A stretch of 61,104 nucleotides of DNA from assembly GCA_027347685.1 (NCBI GenBank), contig DAIEQM010000044.1:1-61104 (forward strand). The letters are read 5' to 3'. Source of the stretch: Candidatus Woesebacteria bacterium (GTDB lineage Bacteria; Patescibacteriota; Microgenomatia; UBA8517). Made by a program: the position numbers and the translations under genes. Under the pieces are notes generated by a model, which ran no database searches, had not been told where the DNA came from, and was given only the letters and a program-made list of their open reading frames with translations. This document shows positions 59,856 through 61,104 of the stretch, piece after piece; position 1 is the first letter of the stretch, and the number at the start of each line of letters is the position of its first letter.

Positions 59856-59863
59856 CGTGCTCG

Positions 59864-59872
59864 TGTTATACT
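59864..59872 (+). promoter_or_regulatory. Extended -10 TGtTATACT, 6 nt upstream of the alaS ATG (leaderless-type)
   Basis: TGtTATACTagcctcATG. Confidence 0.45.
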
Positions 59873-59878
59873 AGCCTC

Positions 59879-61104
59879 ATGACAATCGAGGAAATTCGAA
59901 ACATGTATTTGAAGTTTTTTGAGAGTAAGGGGCACACGATAATTTCTCCTGCCCCCTTGGTATTGGAAAACGATCCAACTACTCTTTTTACCTCAAGTGG
60001 CATGCAGCCGTTGGTGCCCTATCTTCTTGGTGAAGTACATCCTTCAGGAAGACGCCTCGTTGATTCACAACCTTCCATTCGGGTGCAAGACATCGAAGAA
60101 GTTGGGGACAATCGACATACAACTTTTTTTGAAATGCTCGGGAACTGGAGCCTTGGAGATTATTTTAAAAAAGAACAACTCCCCTGGATTTATGAGTTTT
60201 TGACGGAGGAACTCAAACTTTCCAAAGACAAGTTATATGTATCAATCTTTGAAGGAAATGATGCTGTTTCCCGCGATAGTGAGTCATATGAAATTTGGAA
60301 ATCACTCGGAGTGCCAGAAGATCATATCTATGAATACGGAGTTAAGAAAAACTGGTGGAGCAGAAGTGGAACTCCAGAACAAATGCCTGAAGGAGAAATT
60401 GGAGGGCCTGACTCCGAAATATTTTTTGATTTTGGAACTGAGCTAAAGCTTCACGAAACCTCAGAATGGAAAAACGAAACATGTCACCCGAATTGTGATT
60501 GTGGACGATTCTTAGAAATAGGCAACTCAGTGTTTATTCAGTACAAAAAAGTAAATGGAAAATTAGTAGAACTTCCACAAAAAAATGTGGATTTTGGTGG
60601 AGGGCTTGAGAGAATGGCTGCGGCTGTAAATAATAACCCTGATGTTTTTAAGATTGATGCGTTTTCCACAGTGATTTCTTCAATAGAAGAAAAGTCTGGT
60701 AAAAGCTATGAAAAATTTAATAAAGAAATGCGTGTTGTCGCAGATCACATGCGTGCTTCAATTTTCTTAATAGCTGGAGGAGTATCACCTTCAAACAAGC
60801 TCCAAGGATATATTTTGAGAAGATTGATGCGTCGCGCAATTTTGAAAATAAAAAAATTAGGGATAGATACATCTGATAAACGTATTTTTTATTCGATTAT
60901 TGATGGATATTGTGAAAGTTATCATGAATATATTAAAGGAAAGAAGTCTATTGAGATCACGGCAGTTGTTGAAGCTGAAGTAGATAAATTCACCAAAACT
61001 CTTGAGAAAGGATTAAAAGAAGTAGAGAAAATAAAAGAGATCGATGGCAAAATTGCTTTTGATTTGTATCAAACATTTGGTTTTCCTTTAGAGCTTTCCA
61101 TTGA
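59879..61104 (+). CDS. alaS: Alanine-tRNA ligase, N-terminal part (runs off the window)
   Basis: MTIEEIRNMYLKFFESKGHTIISPAPLV..DPTTLFTSSGMQP...RHTTFFEMLGNWS. No stop codon before 61104, so it is absent from the ORF track. Confidence 0.95.
   Translation, partial: MTIEEIRNMYLKFFESKGHTIISPAPLVLENDPTTLFTSSGMQPLVPYLLGEVHPSGRRLVDSQPSIRVQDIEEVGDNRHTTFFEMLGNWSLGDYFKKEQLPWIYEFLTEELKLSKDKLYVSIFEGNDAVSRDSESYEIWKSLGVPEDHIYEYGVKKNWWSRSGTPEQMPEGEIGGPDSEIFFDFGTELKLHETSEWKNETCHPNCDCGRFLEIGNSVFIQYKKVNGKLVELPQKNVDFGGGLERMAAAVNNNPDVFKIDAFSTVISSIEEKSGKSYEKFNKEMRVVADHMRASIFLIAGGVSPSNKLQGYILRRLMRRAILKIKKLGIDTSDKRIFYSIIDGYCESYHEYIKGKKSIEITAVVEAEVDKFTKTLEKGLKEVEKIKEIDGKIAFDLYQTFGFPLELSI

Noticed and set aside
1-61104. 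Searched for CRISPR arrays, IS elements, integrases, prophage genes, retron/DGR reverse transcriptases and rRNA.
   Set aside because: No spaced direct repeats were found, nor any transposase, integrase or RT-like ORFs, nor rRNA signatures. The only tRNA is tRNA-Cys at 7501-7572, and it has no adjacent integration scars.

Overview
61.1-kb chromosomal window using the standard genetic code. It is moderately AT-rich and tightly packed with about 65 protein genes, one tRNA-Cys, no rRNA, no CRISPR array and no transposase or integrase. Several housekeeping proteins have reduced domain architectures: IF-2 lacks an N-terminal region, HrcA is 243 aa, DnaJ has no zinc finger, and Lon is reduced to its AAA+ module. 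The window also has many GT-C membrane glycosyltransferases, tandem FemAB paralogues, LPxAG-type surface proteins and a comM-yraN-dprA cluster. Together these suggest a small-genome, Gram-positive-type bacterium, most plausibly of the Candidate Phyla Radiation/Patescibacteria (inference only). Recognisable genes are groL (3' end), comM, yraN, dprA, galU, rmuC, two UvrD-family helicases (one fused to a Cas4/RecB-like nuclease), rpsT, murJ, hrcA-grpE-dnaK-dnaJ, nusA-infB, rpsO-pnp, rnj, ftsK, a rodZ-like gene and alaS (5' part). There is also a polyprenyl-phosphate glycosylation cluster at 9.4-14.9 kb. Five things stand out. (1) A 1.4-kb ORF-poor island (19.9-21.3 kb) holds four head-to-tail promoter/terminator-delimited plus-strand units, three with near-perfect TTGACA-17-TATAnT promoters; these are candidate unclassified structured RNAs and/or micro-ORFs. 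(2) A six-gene minus-strand operon (34.6-29.6 kb) joins PilN/PilO-like membrane proteins, with no PilM, pilin or ATPase, to three large Thr/Pro-linker surface proteins. Two carry LPxAG sorting signals and one carries duplicated 6-Cys modules. The operon lies next to a fused double GT-C/GT39 glycosyltransferase. (3) More than 12 genes have a -10 box 5-8 nt from the start codon, consistent with leaderless mRNAs, whereas small accessory ORFs carry strong SD sites. (4) CIRCE operators sit separately in front of hrcA, dnaK and dnaJ, and two SD-led antisense micro-ORFs are inserted between dnaK and dnaJ. (5) An orphan Lon AAA+ module sits next to a degenerate guanylate-kinase-like protein, and an 843-aa acidic orphan lies between rnj and ftsK.
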